DNA from: Deltaproteobacteria bacterium
GTDB taxonomy: Bacteria; Myxococcota_A; Polyangia; Polyangiales; Houyiibacteriaceae
Length of the DNA stretch: 64,000 bases
Assembly: GCA_034670305.1 (NCBI GenBank)
Contig: JAXMNT010000006.1
Span: 32,001 to 96,000 of the forward strand
Reading direction: 5' to 3'
Below, one piece after another: positions 60,137 through 64,000 of the stretch. Position numbers and translations under genes: made by a program. The notes under the pieces are model-generated. The model did not search any database. It was not told the DNA's origin and worked only from the letters and a program-made list of their open reading frames with translations. The stretch's first letter is position 1, and each line of letters begins with the position of its first letter.

Positions 60137-61678
60137 TCACCAGAACACCGGTGAGGAGTTTCGGTAGGGCGCGTCGTCGGCCATCGGGAAGTGCATCTCG
60201 ACGTCGTCCTCGGCGGGGAACCCTTCGGTTCGGTTGAGAATGTTCCCGCTCGCGGTCCCTGCGACGTGCCGCAACTTGTAGTGCTCCCGCTGGGTGCGGT
60301 TGATGCGGTTGTCTTCGAGCCGCGTGCACGCGATGAGGTAGCCGAGGATGATGCCCTCGTTCAGCGTGTTGTTCGACACGTAGTAACGCATGTTGTGCGC
60401 CATGTGGATGCCGGCGTCGTAGAGCGTGTTGCCCGCGATGTAGTTGCCGATCGGGTTCTCTCGAATGGGTCCATCGCGCCGGGTGTACCCGAGGATGCCC
60501 CAGCGTCCGTTCACCGTCCCCATCGACATTCGAATCGAGTTGTTGAGGATGACGTTGTCCGTCTCTTTCCAGATGATGATCGGTCCATCGACCTGTCGTT
60601 CCAGGTCACAGGGAAGCGCCGGGTCGTACTCGCCCGCTTCGTTCACCTGACACTGCGTCATGGTGTTCTCTTCGATCCAGGTGTTGCGCCCGGACGACGT
60701 CACGATGTCGCCGCCCGCGTTGTGATGGAAGTTGTTCTGGAAGATGTGGATGTCTTGGTCGGTGCGGCCGGCGCCTTCGATGTCGACGCCGAACTGAGGC
60801 GAGGTGCCTTCGATGTGGTGGATGTGGTTGTTCGCGATGACCACGTTGTGCCCGCCGACCACGGAGACGCCCTGACGCCGGTTGTGATGGATCTCGTTGT
60901 TCCGAATCGTGATGTGGGTGCTCGGCACGCTCGGTTCTTCGTCGCCGCCTCGGCTGCCGACAATCAACACACCGTCGCCGGTGAGCTCGTGCATCTCGAC
61001 GTCTTCGATGAGAATGTGGTTGGCCGAGGTCCACACGCACACGCCGTGTCCTTCGTCGTGCGCGGTGTCGCCCGCGAACACGTGCGTCTCTCGGTCACCG
61101 CGGATCTCGCCGCCGCGGATCGTGATGTTGTCGTTGCTCTGCACGCTGATGACGCAGTAGTTGTGCCGGTCGTTGGTGGCCATCTGGATGACCGCGCCGT
61201 CGGAGAGTTCCAGCGTCATGTCGCCGACCAGCTCGATGCCGCCCGCGTAGATGTCGTTGGTCGGCTCGCCCAGGTGGTAGGTGCCGGGCGGGACCACGAT
61301 CTTGTCGAAGCCGTTGTCCGTCGCCCAAACGATGGCTTCGTTCATCCGGTCGCGGGTCTCGACCGGGTCGCCCGAGTCGTTGTCGATCATCCAGCGCTCG
61401 AGCTCGATGACGTACTCGTTCGTATGCTCCGGCGGCAACTCCGCGGTCGGCCGTTCGCCAGGCTCCCAAGCGCACTCGCCTTCGCCCGGGATCGGGATCA
61501 CACCGCTCGCATCGCTGCGCGTGGCATCTGCGGGGGTCGCTCCGTCGATGGGGCGTCCGCCTCCGTCGGTTCCGCCGTCGCCGCCATCGCAGTCGCAGGC
61601 GACGAGCATCGAGCAGAGCGCGACGTGCAAGCAGAGCGCACGAAGTCGGGTGTCTGCCGGTCTTGAGTCTCGGTACAT
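60137..61678 (-). CDS. Secreted right-handed parallel beta-helix (pectin-lyase-like) lipoprotein
   Basis: LVAC lipobox; IVVPPGTY, NITIRGGEIRG, IHHNRRQGVSV, GVDIE repeats. Confidence 0.85.
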   Translation of the reverse strand: MYRDSRPADTRLRALCLHVALCSMLVACDCDGGDGGTDGGGRPIDGATPADATRSDASGVIPIPGEGECAWEPGERPTAELPPEHTNEYVIELERWMIDNDSGDPVETRDRMNEAIVWATDNGFDKIVVPPGTYHLGEPTNDIYAGGIELVGDMTLELSDGAVIQMATNDRHNYCVISVQSNDNITIRGGEIRGDRETHVFAGDTAHDEGHGVCVWTSANHILIEDVEMHELTGDGVLIVGSRGGDEEPSVPSTHITIRNNEIHHNRRQGVSVVGGHNVVIANNHIHHIEGTSPQFGVDIEGAGRTDQDIHIFQNNFHHNAGGDIVTSSGRNTWIEENTMTQCQVNEAGEYDPALPCDLERQVDGPIIIWKETDNVILNNSIRMSMGTVNGRWGILGYTRRDGPIRENPIGNYIAGNTLYDAGIHMAHNMRYYVSNNTLNEGIILGYLIACTRLEDNRINRTQREHYKLRHVAGTASGNILNRTEGFPAEDDVEMHFPMADDAPYRNSSPVFW

Positions 61679-61870
61679 GAAGGCCTTCGTACACCGTCGG
61701 AAACGGACGGCGTGGGTGCCCATGCTAAGCGATGACAGCGCTCGAACCGCCGCGGGAATCGCACATCGTCCAGTTCACCCTCGGTGCCCGGTTGGCGAAG
61801 CGGCAGGGACGTGCTTTGTCGGCGAAGCGGCAATCGGACGGCGGCTGCGGTCTCGTTGTAGTCTGGAGGG

Positions 61871-62536
61871 ATGCGGGGACTGCTGAGTGTGTGTTTGGTC
61901 GGTGCGTTGTTCTCGGTCGCCCACGCGGATGTGGTCATGCCACCGCCGGACTGTCCGATCGCCGGCACCGTGCCGGGCAGCACCGCGGGCCAGTCGCACG
62001 GCTCGAGGCAGTTCTGCGCCCCGAGTCTCTGCCCGCCCGACGGCTGCGGCGACGGCTTCGAATGCGTCGAGCGCGCGTTCCTCATCGAAGCGGTCGAATC
62101 CACCGAGCGTCCACGAGCGGATCGCGGAGCCGTCGGCGCGCTTGGCTCGCCAGTGCAGCGCTACGCGAAGGTCGTGCAGCGCTGCGACGACCCGGACGAG
62201 AGCCCGTACGAGTACGACGGCGTCGAGGGCATGATCCTGTTCGGAACGTCGGTGCAGGCGGCCGGCGGGGAAGGGTGCCGCGCCATGCGCGTGTGTGCGC
62301 CGGCCGGCACCAACGCCGAACCGACACCCGAACCGGAGGCGCCGGAGCCCGAGGTTGAAACCCGAGCGGGAGGTGTGGTCGTTCCTGGTGCGAGCATCGG
62401 CGCACCGGGCGCGGAGACCACCCGCACGCCGCCGACCGCCGAGGTCGAAGGCTGCGCCGGCTGCGCGTCGACGCGCCCCACCGGCGGGTTGTTCTGGGTG
62501 TTCGCGGCGTTGCTGTGGGCCGTCCGCCGCCGCTGA
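61871..62536 (+). CDS. Cys-rich secreted protein with MYXO-CTERM-type tail
   Basis: Signal ending AHAD; EGCAGC...WVFAALLWAVRRR. Confidence 0.8.
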   Translation: MRGLLSVCLVGALFSVAHADVVMPPPDCPIAGTVPGSTAGQSHGSRQFCAPSLCPPDGCGDGFECVERAFLIEAVESTERPRADRGAVGALGSPVQRYAKVVQRCDDPDESPYEYDGVEGMILFGTSVQAAGGEGCRAMRVCAPAGTNAEPTPEPEAPEPEVETRAGGVVVPGASIGAPGAETTRTPPTAEVEGCAGCASTRPTGGLFWVFAALLWAVRRR

Positions 62537-62570
62537 GCTGCCGCGGTTGGTTGGGATGCTCAGTCCGTGA

Positions 62571-63884
62571 TCACGGCTCCCGCGTGAACAGGCAGCGCGT
62601 ACCATCTTGGTCGCGCACGCCGAACACCGCGTTCGAGAGGTACGGTGGCTCTTCGTAGTCGTCGTCGTACCCGCCGTCGTCCTCGTCCTCGTCCTCGTCG
62701 CCTTCGTCTTCTTCCGCACCCGGTGGAACCGGACACATCGGCAGGTAGCGGCCTGGCTCGCCTGGCGCGTCGAAGACCACCGGGGTCCCGAGCAGGACGG
62801 CGTAGCCAGCGATGCGGCCGTTCTCGACGATGGCTTCAAGCGACGGCGCGGCGCCGTGCGGATCGCCGTGGGGCCGCTGGGACACCGCCACCGGTTCACC
62901 GATTCGGGCGCCGCTCCGCGCGTCGTGAATCGAGAAGTAGTGCGTCCATCCGTCCACCGTGAAGTGCACGAGCAGCCGCCGGCCCAGGCGAGTCACGACG
63001 CCCTGGAAGAATCCTTGCTCGTCCAGGTCCCCGCGCTCCGCCAGCTCGAACGCCAGCGTGCGCCGCCGCCCTTGCTGCAGCAGCACGCGGGTGATCGCGC
63101 CCTCTTCGAGTTCGGCCGCTTCGATGCGCAGCTGCGGGTTGTCGAGCCGCTCTGCCCACCCGGCCCGCCACCGCGGTCGGTCGGGGCTCGGCTCGTAGCG
63201 CACCGGATCGACACGCCATCCGCCGGGCGTGTCCGCTCCGGGAATCGCCGCGAGCGCTTCGGCTGCGCCGAACACCATGCAACCGACATCCATGTCCTCT
63301 TGGTCGATCGCCGGGTCCGGCACGACTTCCACGTCACAGTCCCACGTGTGCCGAAGCTCCGCCGTGTCGTCGAGGCTCCCGTCGCCTTCCTGCACGAGCG
63401 GCACCCGCCAGCGAAGCGCGCCTTCGAACATCGGCACGACTTGCGGCTGGCCGCGAATCGCCACCACGTAGTGCGGCCACCGGTCCCCGATGAGCGCCGG
63501 CATCAAACGCGCTTCCACGCCGGGCGGCGCGGGGTCCGCCGTCAGCCGTCCGACCACGAACACCCCGTGGTCGTACCGGGTGATCACCGTGGCCTCGTCC
63601 GGCGAGGTCCAGGTCCGCAGCCCGTGGCCGAGCCGCTCCCGCCAGCTCGGGCGCATCTCGACCGCCGCCGCGAGGACCTCGGTCTCGAGCCGCAACGTTG
63701 CGATCCAGGCCTGAAGTGGGTCGGTCTCGGGCGCCGCGGTTCCTGGCGCGACCTGCGGCTCAGCGACTTCCAGTTCAGCAGTTTCCGCCTCGGTGACTGC
63801 CGTCTCGGCGGCCCCGGGGGAAACCACGGTTGCGGACGCAGACGCGCCACACCCGATCACAAGAAGCACCCACATTCCGCGCAT
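62571..63884 (-). CDS. Hypothetical lipoprotein
   Basis: 437-aa ORF, short signal LLVIGC, acidic C-terminal stretch. Confidence 0.65.
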   Translation of the reverse strand: MRGMWVLLVIGCGASASATVVSPGAAETAVTEAETAELEVAEPQVAPGTAAPETDPLQAWIATLRLETEVLAAAVEMRPSWRERLGHGLRTWTSPDEATVITRYDHGVFVVGRLTADPAPPGVEARLMPALIGDRWPHYVVAIRGQPQVVPMFEGALRWRVPLVQEGDGSLDDTAELRHTWDCDVEVVPDPAIDQEDMDVGCMVFGAAEALAAIPGADTPGGWRVDPVRYEPSPDRPRWRAGWAERLDNPQLRIEAAELEEGAITRVLLQQGRRRTLAFELAERGDLDEQGFFQGVVTRLGRRLLVHFTVDGWTHYFSIHDARSGARIGEPVAVSQRPHGDPHGAAPSLEAIVENGRIAGYAVLLGTPVVFDAPGEPGRYLPMCPVPPGAEEDEGDEDEDEDDGGYDDDYEEPPYLSNAVFGVRDQDGTRCLFTREP

Positions 63885-64000
63885 CGCCGGAGTCTACGCG
63901 CGAACCCGCGGGCGTTGAACTCCGCGCCTGCGTTGTTACCCTCCCTCGTGGAAAGCGGAACCGGTTGGAAGGGAAGCGTGTTCGTACTCGGCGTGCTCGC

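Overview
This is a very GC-rich bacterial window, most consistent with a myxobacterium of the Polyangia/Sandaracinus type. That assignment is inferred from the MYXO-CTERM-type sorting tails, giant TPR proteins, ECF/FecR pair and Ser/Thr kinase. About 50 CDS are supported. Housekeeping and repair genes include hemL, rpsT, holA, nhaA, a ClpA/C-type ATPase, dusB, an mrfAB-like helicase/exonuclease pair, nadD and hutH. There is also a MoxR/DUF58/Bat-type operon and many secreted or lipoprotein genes. No rRNA, tRNA, CRISPR array, transposase or integrase was recognised. Five observations stand out. (1) A three-gene operon at 48972-52448 encodes a Zn-ribbon atypical/pseudo-kinase, a vWA protein and a divergent adenylosuccinate-synthetase paralogue whose aspartate-binding loop and GTP-specificity motif are rewritten; it is a candidate uncharacterised nucleotide-modification or conflict system. 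(2) A dispersed composite simple-repeat element, (GGGCAA/GGGCAC)n with G-quadruplex potential plus (GCCGAA)n, brackets several gene blocks, including mrfAB as an inverted pair. (3) Tandem remnants of a four-helix-bundle gene are joined to a REP/MITE-like repeat family. (4) Two CTGT-N8-ACAG LexA-like boxes overlap the mrfA promoter. (5) A highly structured leader lies upstream of an HPF-like gene and nhaA. All product calls come from motif recognition by eye, not database searches.
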